Assembly (NCBI RefSeq): GCF_019972315.1
Contig: NZ_BLIZ01000001.1
Coordinates: 3,474,472-3,538,471, forward strand
DNA length: 64,000 nt
Source: Geobacter sp. AOG1
GTDB lineage: Bacteria; Desulfobacterota; Desulfuromonadia; Geobacterales; Geobacteraceae
Reading direction: 5' to 3'
Under the pieces are notes generated by a model. The model was not told the DNA's origin and made no database searches. It saw nothing but the letters and a program-made list of their open reading frames with translations. Position numbers and translations under genes: made by a program. Positions 41,389-49,445 of this stretch are shown one piece after another. Numbering within the stretch: the stretch's first letter is position 1; each line of letters begins with the position of its first letter.

Positions 41389-42336
41389 ATGATGCACGGG
41401 TTGAGAATCATTCTGACAGCGGTAGTGACCGCCACTTGCCTGGCGGCATGCGGTGGTGGCGGGAGCGGGAGCAGCGGAGGGAGTACCTCAAGCGGCAGCT
41501 ACAGCGGAGCGACCAATCAGGCTACACTGAGCACCGCCAACGCCAGAGCGGTATCAGTGGATGCATACAACGGGGCACAAGCCAGCGCTACCCTGGGGTC
41601 GGTCGGCGTGGTTACGGCCGGCAACGGGGGTGCGACCACCGACGCTCCGCTGGTACAGGTGGTTGCGGATACCCTGGCCGCCTCGGTACAGCGGCTCGAT
41701 CCCAAAGGTGCGACCGGTCCGGCTGCTACGGGGGCATCCGTGCAGGTCAGCATTCCCGGCACTTACGGAGGCACCCTCAGCTACGTGCTCAATGTCAACG
41801 AGACGAACGGTTCCTTCAGCGGCACCTTCACCTACACGAATTTCCAGGAGGTCCAGAACGGCCCCTTCATCTCCGGCGTGGTGACGTTTTCCGGGGTGTA
41901 TGACCAGACGAGCGGGAAGTTCTCCTCGTTCAGCCTGAGTTTCACGGACTTCGCCGCCACCGAATCGGGCAAAACCTTCACCATGTCCGGCACGATAAGC
42001 TGGAGCCTGAGTAGCACCGGTACCAGGGCCGTGACCGCCAACCTGTTCCTGCGCAACAACACCACCGGCGCCATCAGCTGGGTGAAGGACTATACCTTCA
42101 CTCTCACCGCCCAGTGGGCGCTCACCATCACCGGCAGGTACTACGATCCGGTCTACGGCTACGTGGACATTTCGACCCCGGTCCCGCTCCAGGTATCGTC
42201 TCTCTCCGGGCAGCCGACCTCCGGCGTGCTCCTGTTCACCGGCGCCAGCGGCACCAGTGCGAGAATAACGTTCAACGCCACCGGCTACACGGTGGAGGTC
42301 GATACGGGCACCGGGACCTTCGTTACCGCCCCGTAA
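41389..42336 (+). CDS. hypothetical lipoprotein (315 aa; lipobox LAAC, Gly/Ser-rich linker)
   Basis: MMHGLRIILTAVVTATCLAACGGGGSGSSGG...; Thr/Ser/Gly-rich beta-rich body; GC-rich. Confidence 0.65.
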   Translation: MMHGLRIILTAVVTATCLAACGGGGSGSSGGSTSSGSYSGATNQATLSTANARAVSVDAYNGAQASATLGSVGVVTAGNGGATTDAPLVQVVADTLAASVQRLDPKGATGPAATGASVQVSIPGTYGGTLSYVLNVNETNGSFSGTFTYTNFQEVQNGPFISGVVTFSGVYDQTSGKFSSFSLSFTDFAATESGKTFTMSGTISWSLSSTGTRAVTANLFLRNNTTGAISWVKDYTFTLTAQWALTITGRYYDPVYGYVDISTPVPLQVSSLSGQPTSGVLLFTGASGTSARITFNATGYTVEVDTGTGTFVTAP

Positions 42337-42359
42337 CGCTCACGCGACAACCAGTCCCA

Positions 42360-42390
42360 CAAAAAAAGCCTGCATATGCAGGCTTTTTTT
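42360..42390. terminator. bidirectional intrinsic terminator
   Basis: AAAAAAAGCCTGCATATGCAGGCTTTTTTTG between convergent genes. Confidence 0.8.
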
Positions 42391-42439
42391 GTGGCGTTTC
42401 CGAGGCGACAGGACGGGTCCGATTGCCTGGTGGCATATT

Positions 42440-43378
42440 TCATATAACCAGATGCCCTTTTTTTTCTGCCACCGAGATCATGGCAAGTGTTCCCGAATTG
42501 AACTCAAGGAAATCATTTTCTATCCCGTCACTAAAGATCACTCCATGCTCAGGCATGTGAGAGATGAGCTTGAGGGGTTTCTTTGGGGTGATTTTGCCAA
42601 AGGTGGTCTCGGCAGATGATGTCTTGCTTGGCCACGGCTCACGAACCGAGAAATACAAATAGTTTGCATCCCATTCAAAATTATCCTGCAGTTTCCCTGG
42701 CAGTTTTTTGCCGGAAAGGCGGGACGCAATGCCTGTAGCACCAGCAAGTATGCTCCTGAACCAACCGGTCGACCCGAGCCCGGTTGAAACAATGATTCCA
42801 CTGGAAGAATGCGTCTCCAAACGGTCGTCGATCTGTAGTTCATAGTGGGCAGACGTATGCGATTTCGGCCCTATGAACAGATCGTTCACGCCGTAAAGCG
42901 TCTGGCCGTTGTTGAGTTCAGCCTTTGCCATTGTTACTTCGCGGACCGGTCGGCTTTCAGAGAACACGGCAGGAATAATCCCCGGCAAGTCAGACACCGT
43001 AAATGGCAGGAGGACTCCCTCCCATCGATCCGGATCGGGATTTACTCCCACAACAGACTGGCCATTCAGGTATTTGATGACGTTGGCAACCAGCCCATCC
43101 TGGCCAAGAACGACGACAGTGTCGGTGTGACCAAAGATGAAATTTGTAATAAACTCCCTGTCAACAGTTTGCAGGCGACCTATGTGCGAAAGAAGTCGCT
43201 GGGCATCTTGGACGGAGGCTTTGTATTTCTCGTGCTCACGCTTGTAATCGGAGAAATCAGCCCCGAGATGCTCGACGTAAAATCGTGCCTGTGCCTCCGT
43301 ATTGAAACGCGCAATGAGTTCGTCCAACCGGGTTTTTCTGACGATCAGTACAATCTTGTTTTCGCTGGTACGATCCAT
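42440..43378 (-). CDS. divergent NAD kinase-like (ATP-NAD kinase/DAGK_cat fold) protein
   Basis: 312 aa; N-domain VVVLGQDGLVANV...VVGVNPDP (cf. GGDGT...GINxG) and C-domain ...LQIDDRLETHSSSGIIVSTGLGSTGWFRSI (cf. [21 protein letters not shown]); start overlaps SPFH stop by 1 nt (TAATG). Confidence 0.65.
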   Translation of the reverse strand: MDRTSENKIVLIVRKTRLDELIARFNTEAQARFYVEHLGADFSDYKREHEKYKASVQDAQRLLSHIGRLQTVDREFITNFIFGHTDTVVVLGQDGLVANVIKYLNGQSVVGVNPDPDRWEGVLLPFTVSDLPGIIPAVFSESRPVREVTMAKAELNNGQTLYGVNDLFIGPKSHTSAHYELQIDDRLETHSSSGIIVSTGLGSTGWFRSILAGATGIASRLSGKKLPGKLQDNFEWDANYLYFSVREPWPSKTSSAETTFGKITPKKPLKLISHMPEHGVIFSDGIENDFLEFNSGTLAMISVAEKKGHLVI

Positions 43379-44400
43379 TACTTGGGTGTTCCCTTTGACA
43401 TGAGCTCGCGCAACAGCTCCGGCGAAATATTTAACTGGCCGATTTTATCTGCATTCTCGGCCAGCTCTTTAAAAGCGCTCGCCACAAGCTGGCCGGGATT
43501 CATTCCGACACTCGCCAATGCCTGCAGCGTCTTGGGATCGGTCTTCGCTAGCGCCCCCATGACAGCTGAAATGCCATATGCCTTTGCATCTGCCTCCTGC
43601 TTTGTGTTCTCGGAAGCAAGGGTGACAAATTCGCGGTTTTTCTCTTCGAGCGCGATCTTCGCCGACATTTCTGCCTCGCTTAATTCGCGCATTTTTTTCT
43701 GAACTGACTTTTCAGCATCCATCTGCGTTTCTCTGATCTGCCGTTTTTTGTTTTCAACGGCAATTTCCGTGTTCAACTCATTTTCCTTTATCGCCCGTTC
43801 CTGCTCCACCGCCGCATTTCTCCGTGTATAGACTGCATCGTCCGCTTCACGAAGTATCTGCTCTCGTATCTCCGCCTCAAGGGCGCGTGAAGTCTCGGGT
43901 GTCGGTTTGATGGCTAAAATCGACAAGCCCAGAATCTCTATCCCCAGGGAGGTCGTTTCCTCCGATTGCCGCATCCCCTCCCGCAACGCATTTACAAGGC
44001 CGTCAGAGCTCCCGAGTGCCTGGCGCAGGGACATTTTTTTCAAGGAAGATCGTGTTAATACCTGGGCATGGTTGATGAGCCGTTGCGAAAGTTTTTGCGG
44101 ATCATCCGACGTATAATCTTTCCCGTTTGGTGCTAACGAGAAATTCATCAATTGCGATAGTTTTTTCGGGTCGGTTATGCTGTAGGTGAGCTGTCCTTGT
44201 ACCGTTACCTCCTGAAAATCTGACGTGACCTCTTTGAAAATAAAAGGGACATCAGTGCTTGCGACCGGTATGCGTACTATCGAAGAAGCTGGCGCAAAAT
44301 AAAAAAAGGCCAGGCCAACACCTTCCCTCACCAATTGCCCATTTCGGTAAAGCAGCACATAATCGGTTGGCTGGACTTTAATGAACTTGATCCCTAACAT
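43378..44400 (-). CDS. SPFH/band-7 (stomatin/HflC-like) protein
   Basis: 340 aa; band-7 core then long coiled-coil tail (…KENELNTEIAVENKKRQIRETQMDAEKSVQKKMRELSEAEMSAKIA…). Confidence 0.8.
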   Translation of the reverse strand: MLGIKFIKVQPTDYVLLYRNGQLVREGVGLAFFYFAPASSIVRIPVASTDVPFIFKEVTSDFQEVTVQGQLTYSITDPKKLSQLMNFSLAPNGKDYTSDDPQKLSQRLINHAQVLTRSSLKKMSLRQALGSSDGLVNALREGMRQSEETTSLGIEILGLSILAIKPTPETSRALEAEIREQILREADDAVYTRRNAAVEQERAIKENELNTEIAVENKKRQIRETQMDAEKSVQKKMRELSEAEMSAKIALEEKNREFVTLASENTKQEADAKAYGISAVMGALAKTDPKTLQALASVGMNPGQLVASAFKELAENADKIGQLNISPELLRELMSKGTPK

Positions 44401-44493
44401 GTGGTCTCCTCGCTTTATGTCAGATTACATTCCATGTAAGCGAACCCCTGGCCCCTCACTCGTGTGCCAGGAGGTGCATGGTTGAACACTCCC

Positions 44494-45501
44494 CTATGCG
44501 ATGTGCAATACCGATTTTTTGGGTTTCCCGTTGATGCGCTCTATCCTGCGCCAGCTACTGTTGTCATTCATCGTAATCCAGCGCCTCTCTTCTCCCCGAT
44601 AGAACCAATCCTTGTCTTCCTGATAATATATCTGATGATCCGAAGCCTCCCAGATATTCAGTATCTCGTTACCATGTGCCCGTATTTCGTCAAAGTCCGT
44701 CGTGGCTTTTTGCCCCATTTCACTGTACAGCTCGTTGAGTTCGAGCAGGAGCGTATTGACGTGGGGAGTCATGCGGACAACGTTTAAGCCGATCCGCTGT
44801 GCTTCATCGAAAAGAATGGGATAATTATGCGAGGGGTAATTCGAATTGAGGGTATTGGCTATACGGTCCGCGGTCTCCCCATCGGCGATGTGATAGTTCA
44901 GCAGCTCCTTGCACAGCATTATGGATAGGGATTCCGCGCGATTTACCGCTCCGACAACCAGTGGATGGACATACTGGAACAGTACCTTATAGGGGTTTTC
45001 CTTTATGTCGGATTGCTCCGCCTTCCACAGGCTGATGAGACGGGTTAGTTCATCAAGGCTGACACTTACCCGATCGTTGTCACGATCTACGGGTGAAAGA
45101 TCGTGGGTGAGAGAGGTATCAACCGCGGTCAGATATGCCATCGGACCCATCTGGATCTCGTCAGCGCCCAATGCCAGCATGGTTGCCGCTGAGGCGCATT
45201 GCAGGGGGACAAGAACAACCAATCTGTCGCAATATTGTCGCATCAGATTGACCAAGCGAAGGGCGGCCTGCCCATTTCCCCCGCTTGACTTGATGTACAG
45301 ATAGACGGTTTCGTGCTTGTTGAGCCTTTCCAGGATCGCATAGAGAGCTATCACGTCATTGTTACAGACTTCGCCCTTGCGGTTATTCCAATACGTAATG
45401 AACTTCCCGCCTAGGATCGTACTTATTTTGGTAATTATGGCCTGCGTTTTATTGAACAAAACGGGCGGTTGCTTCACTTTTTGTGGTTCTTGGTTTTCCA
45501 T
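44494..45501 (-). CDS. SDH-family ClpP-fold serine protease (S49/NfeD-STOPP-like)
   Basis: 336 aa from ATG 45501 (AAGGAA RBS); ...YIKSSGGNGQAALRLVNLMRQYCDRLVVLVPLQCASAATMLALGADEI... ClpP/crotonase-fold nucleophile region; track ORF start 45564 falls inside an upstream hairpin. Confidence 0.7.
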   Translation of the reverse strand: MENQEPQKVKQPPVLFNKTQAIITKISTILGGKFITYWNNRKGEVCNNDVIALYAILERLNKHETVYLYIKSSGGNGQAALRLVNLMRQYCDRLVVLVPLQCASAATMLALGADEIQMGPMAYLTAVDTSLTHDLSPVDRDNDRVSVSLDELTRLISLWKAEQSDIKENPYKVLFQYVHPLVVGAVNRAESLSIMLCKELLNYHIADGETADRIANTLNSNYPSHNYPILFDEAQRIGLNVVRMTPHVNTLLLELNELYSEMGQKATTDFDEIRAHGNEILNIWEASDHQIYYQEDKDWFYRGEERRWITMNDNSSWRRIERINGKPKKSVLHIA

Positions 45502-45545
45502 TCGGGGTTCCTTTGCGGAGGTTCGACTCGTTATTGTCATGAAGG

Positions 45546-45592
45546 GGGCAGACCCGCACTTCAAATTTTACATGTGCAGGTCTGCCCTTTCC
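45546..45592 (-). terminator. hairpin between NHL-lipoprotein gene and protease gene (candidate terminator/attenuator)
   Basis: GGGCAGACC(T)GCAC ... GTGCGGGTCTGCCC 14-bp stem; weak T tract. Confidence 0.4.
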
Positions 45593-45606
45593 TCAGGATA
45601 ATCCAA

Positions 45607-47322
45607 TCATTGCATCTTTCGTATGCGACCGTTATCGCCATCGGCTATGAAGAGGCTCTTGCCATCCGTGGTGATGCACCGGGGATGGTTGAATCTCACC
45701 GCGGTTCCGGTCCCGTCGGCATACCCCATCGTTTGACCCGGGAGGGTACCGGCGGGAGCGCCTGCCAGGGTGGTGACGGCTTTCGTGGAGAGGAGCATCC
45801 TGCGAACGTTGCCGGCGGCCTGGTCCGCGATATAGAGGTATGCGCCATCGGTAATGATCCCCATGGGTTCCTGGAAACGTGCCGCCGTGCCGATACCGTC
45901 CGTCCCCCCCGTGGCCAAGGGAGCGCCTGCCAGGGTGGTGACCTCTCCGGTGGCGATCACCACTTTTCTGATAGTGCAATTGTACGTGTCCGCCACGTAG
46001 AGATACGTGCCGTCCGTGGTGATCCCCTCAAGCCCGTTGAACCTCACTGCAGCGCCGATTCCGTCAGCAGAACCGACGGTACCCGCCGTACCGGCCAGAG
46101 TGGTGACTTCACCGGTGGCGATCACAATCTTCCTGATTGAGGAATAGCCGAAATCCGCCACATAGAGGTTCGTGCCGTCCGTGGTGATTCCCTGGGGTTT
46201 TCCGAAGCGCGCCGCCGTGCCGATCCCGTCAATCGGCGTGGGGGGGGGATAGTCCGTGGTCTGGCCTGCCAGGGTGGTGACTTCTCCGGTGGCAATGACT
46301 ATCTTCCGGACATTGAGGTTCTTTGAGTCGGTCATATAGAGGTTGGTGCCATCCGTGGTGATGCCTGCAGGTCTTCCGAACTGGGCCGCCGGTCCCGTCC
46401 CGTCCGCATAGCCATTAAGATTGAAAGTACCCGCCAGGGTGGTGACGACGCCGGTGGCGATTACCGTTTTGCGGACCGTGCCGTTGATCTCCGTTACGTA
46501 GAGGTTGGCGCCATCCGTGGTGATGCCGAATACTTGTCCGAAAGACGCCGCCGTTCCCGTCCCGTCGATTGACCCCCACGTGCTGCCTGCAAGGGTGCTG
46601 ACGGTGACGGGTGCCTTGCTGAGCGGGATTCCCTGAACTGCGCCACCCATGAGCCTGGGTGTCACCGGTGTCACACTGCCGGATGCCGCTGAGACGACGC
46701 TCGTTCCAATGGCATTTGTCGCCGTCACGGTAAAGGTATAGGCGGTGCCGTTGGTCAGGCCTGTCACGGTTATCGGACTTGTCGTACCTGTTGCCGTGAT
46801 GCCGCCGGGGATCGAGGTCACGGTGTAACCGGTTATCGTGCTGCCGCCGCTGGGCGGAGCCACAAAGCTCACTACCGCCAGGCGATCTCCAAATGTGGCG
46901 GTAACCCCGGTCGGCGCCCCGGGTGCCGTCGCCACCGGCGTCACGCTGTTGGATGCCGCCGATGGGGCACTGGTTCCCGCGACATTCGTTGCCGTCACGG
47001 TAAAGGTGTAGGGAGTGCCGTTGGTCAGGCCTGTCACGGTTATCGGACTTGCCGCGCCTGTTGCGCTCAGGCCGCCGGGGTTAGAGGTTACGGTGTATGC
47101 TAAAATTGGCATGCCGCCATCAGAGGCAGGTGCCGTAAAATTCACGGTTGCCTGTGTATTTCCCTCTATGGCACTGCCGATGGTCGGCGCCCCGGGAGAG
47201 GTTCCCATACCAGTACTGGAAGAGCTGGAGGGAGAGTAAAAGTACGATCCGTTGGAACTGCCACTTCCACAACCGGTTACCGTCATCACACACAAAACCA
47301 GCATTACATAGAGCAATTTCAT
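45607..47322 (-). CDS. lipoprotein with two fibronectin-III-like domains and NHL beta-propeller repeats
   Basis: 571 aa; lipobox VTGCGSG; duplicated ...ITVTGLTNGT(P/A)YTFTVTATN... then six NLY(V/M)(T/A)D...IRK(I/V)VIATG repeats. Confidence 0.8.
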   Translation of the reverse strand: MKLLYVMLVLCVMTVTGCGSGSSNGSYFYSPSSSSSTGMGTSPGAPTIGSAIEGNTQATVNFTAPASDGGMPILAYTVTSNPGGLSATGAASPITVTGLTNGTPYTFTVTATNVAGTSAPSAASNSVTPVATAPGAPTGVTATFGDRLAVVSFVAPPSGGSTITGYTVTSIPGGITATGTTSPITVTGLTNGTAYTFTVTATNAIGTSVVSAASGSVTPVTPRLMGGAVQGIPLSKAPVTVSTLAGSTWGSIDGTGTAASFGQVFGITTDGANLYVTEINGTVRKTVIATGVVTTLAGTFNLNGYADGTGPAAQFGRPAGITTDGTNLYMTDSKNLNVRKIVIATGEVTTLAGQTTDYPPPTPIDGIGTAARFGKPQGITTDGTNLYVADFGYSSIRKIVIATGEVTTLAGTAGTVGSADGIGAAVRFNGLEGITTDGTYLYVADTYNCTIRKVVIATGEVTTLAGAPLATGGTDGIGTAARFQEPMGIITDGAYLYIADQAAGNVRRMLLSTKAVTTLAGAPAGTLPGQTMGYADGTGTAVRFNHPRCITTDGKSLFIADGDNGRIRKMQ

Positions 47323-47444
47323 TTAATCCTCCTCGCGATTTAATAGGAACAAACCCGCGCATCTTTTGGCGGGCAAGATCAACCGGCATAGGCATGCCCC
47401 ACGCCTGAAAAAGGCCCGAGTATTTTCAGCGGCAAATCTACCCT

Positions 47445-47595
47445 TCATAACGCAAAAAACCGCCCAGCCGGCATATTGCCGGCATGGGCGGTTTGGATGG
47501 GGTACAGGGGCCTGCTCATGGCGCGCTCCCAGGCGGTGCGTTATTCAAAAGGGTGAAATGTTTGTAACCCTCCGCGCATCGGCTGTCAAGGAGAA
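47445..47595 (-). repeat. Copy 2 of the ~150-nt repeat: promoter-like boxes (47561-47589), RBS, 24-codon micro-ORF (47445-47519), terminator (47451-47492)
   Basis: Minus strand TTGACA-17-TACAAA, GGGAGCGCGCC-ATG, MSRPLYPIQTAHAGNMPAGRFFAL, hairpin ACCGCCCATGCCGGCAATATGCCGGCTGGGCGGT plus TTTTTT; 123 nt upstream of the NHL lipoprotein start. Confidence 0.6.
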
Positions 47596-47655
47596 TCAAC
47601 AGCCGCGGGCTATGCCCCTTCGCTCCTCTTCACCATTCGGGCCAGGGGAAATCAG

Positions 47656-48117
47656 TCACTGTGCCGGTTCGGCCTTCCCTTCTTCCGGATCCTTCATGTC
47701 CCTGTTGGCTTTGGCAACCGCCTTCAACGCCTCGGCCTGGATCGTCGGCATCAGCTCTCCCATGAACGCCCCCATCTTCTTCGTGGCGGACACCCCGACG
47801 GGGGAACCGTAGAAGTCGGCCAGGGCGGCCAGCTCATCGGCGGTAAAGATCTTGACCATGGAATCCTTCATGGATTTCGTGACCGCCTCGATATCCAGAT
47901 ACTTGGTCATGATGTTCCTGAATTGCTCCCGCTGGTCCGGCGGCAGGTTGAGAGCCATCTGATCCGCCACGTCCTGGAACATCACCCGCGGCGGCGTAAC
48001 CGCAAGATAGCGCTCGGCTTCGGCATTCCTGTTCTGCACCGTATCCTGGACCGCGAATGCCGTGCTGCTCACGAGCCCCATCATGATAACCAGTACAAGT
48101 TTTTTCATGGTCTGCAT
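47656..48117 (-). CDS. DUF2059-family periplasmic protein
   Basis: 153 aa with signal peptide MQTMKKLVLVIMMGLVSSTAFA. Confidence 0.65.
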   Translation of the reverse strand: MQTMKKLVLVIMMGLVSSTAFAVQDTVQNRNAEAERYLAVTPPRVMFQDVADQMALNLPPDQREQFRNIMTKYLDIEAVTKSMKDSMVKIFTADELAALADFYGSPVGVSATKKMGAFMGELMPTIQAEALKAVAKANRDMKDPEEGKAEPAQ

Positions 48118-48154
48118 CCTTTCGTCGCTTGAGTGTCACAACGGGAACATCAGC

Positions 48155-48784
48155 TCATGGCGTACCCGAACCTGCCGGCGCGCCCCGTTCTGCCTTGATC
48201 CGCGCAATCCTGTCCATCTCGATCTTGAGGCAGTCGGGGCAAAAACCATGGGTGAAGTCCACGTCCCAGCTGTTCTTGAAATAGGCCTCGACCTGCATCC
48301 AGGACTCCTTGTCGTCCCGCACTTTCCGGCAAACGGAACAGATGGGGATGAGGCGATGGAGTTCGGCTATCTCGCTGATGTCCTCGATCACGAGCAGTGC
48401 ATGGGGTTTCCCTTGGAAGAGAAAGGGAGACGCGGTGATGAGTGTGTACATCACCACCCTGTCCCCGTCCCGGTCACGTACCAGTTTTGTGCGGAGGCGC
48501 ACGACCCGGTTTCCCCGAAAAGCTTCGCCGACGGAATTCCTGATGATGCAGTCTTTACAGGACGGGGCTCTGCCACACCCTTCCGGCACGTCGTGGGAAT
48601 GGACGCAATGGAGGATGTCGCCGGCTCGCTGCTTGAGGATTGTTGTCCTGCCGGCCACGAGGAGTTCGGCGGCGGCAGCGTTGTACTCCTGGATTTTCAC
48701 GTCCTCGTCGACCACGAAGACCATGGAGGGGAGCACGTCGAACACCGCCCTGAGCATGTCGTGCGTTTCCGTTTCGTTCATCAT
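48155..48784 (-). CDS. PAS-domain protein with C-terminal Cys4 zinc-finger-like motif
   Basis: 209 aa; PAS-like N-region; C-terminal CSVCRK...CPDC. Confidence 0.65.
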   Translation of the reverse strand: MMNETETHDMLRAVFDVLPSMVFVVDEDVKIQEYNAAAAELLVAGRTTILKQRAGDILHCVHSHDVPEGCGRAPSCKDCIIRNSVGEAFRGNRVVRLRTKLVRDRDGDRVVMYTLITASPFLFQGKPHALLVIEDISEIAELHRLIPICSVCRKVRDDKESWMQVEAYFKNSWDVDFTHGFCPDCLKIEMDRIARIKAERGAPAGSGTP

Positions 48785-48829
48785 CTGATCCTCACAGGGT
48801 GAACCGACAGGGGAATGATTCGTCGGGGA

Positions 48830-49420
48830 CTACGCCCCACGCTTCTCCACCAGCACCAGATAGGGGGCGGTGGGGGGACGGTTGAGCTGGCGGCTTGTCC
48901 AGACATTGAACGCCTTCGGATCGAGGCCGCTCCCCCAGACGAGGACGGCCTTTTCTTCTTCCGTGGCACCGTCATGACCGGTGTAGACCGCCACCAGGAG
49001 CATGCCGCCGGGAAGGAGAAGGTCAAGGGCACCGTTGAGTGCCCTGAGGGTGGTTACCGGCCGGGTGACGACCTCCTTGTCGCCACCGGGGAGGTAGCCG
49101 AGGTTGAAGACTACCGCCGTCAGCGGTTCCGTCACAAACTCCCCGAGCCGCTCATGCCCGGCCCGGATCAGTTCCACCGGGGAAAGACACCCCTCTGCAG
49201 TCAGGAGCTCGCGGGTGGCATCCAGCGCCCGGTCCTGGAGATCGAATCCCCAGACCCGACCCGTTGGTCCCACCAGTTGGGCAAGGAGGAGCGTGTCGTT
49301 GCCGTTGCCACAGGTGGCGTCCACCACCCGGTCCCCCGCCCGCACCCGCTGCCGCAGGAGAAGGTGGGAGAGGGCGACGGCACCGCGCAGAGAGACATGT
49401 TGTGCACTATCCTGGTTCAT
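48830..49420 (-). CDS. class I SAM-dependent methyltransferase (YtqB/rRNA methylase-like)
   Basis: 196 aa ...VVDATCGNGNDTLLLA... motif I. Confidence 0.75.
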   Translation of the reverse strand: MNQDSAQHVSLRGAVALSHLLLRQRVRAGDRVVDATCGNGNDTLLLAQLVGPTGRVWGFDLQDRALDATRELLTAEGCLSPVELIRAGHERLGEFVTEPLTAVVFNLGYLPGGDKEVVTRPVTTLRALNGALDLLLPGGMLLVAVYTGHDGATEEEKAVLVWGSGLDPKAFNVWTSRQLNRPPTAPYLVLVEKRGA

Positions 49421-49445
49421 GGTCTCATCCTATCGGAGCCGCATT

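Noticed and set aside
47366-47812. 148-aa plus-strand ORF spanning the repeat and the DUF2059 gene
   Set aside because: Begins inside the repeat and runs antisense into a signal-peptide-containing gene. Low-complexity translation.
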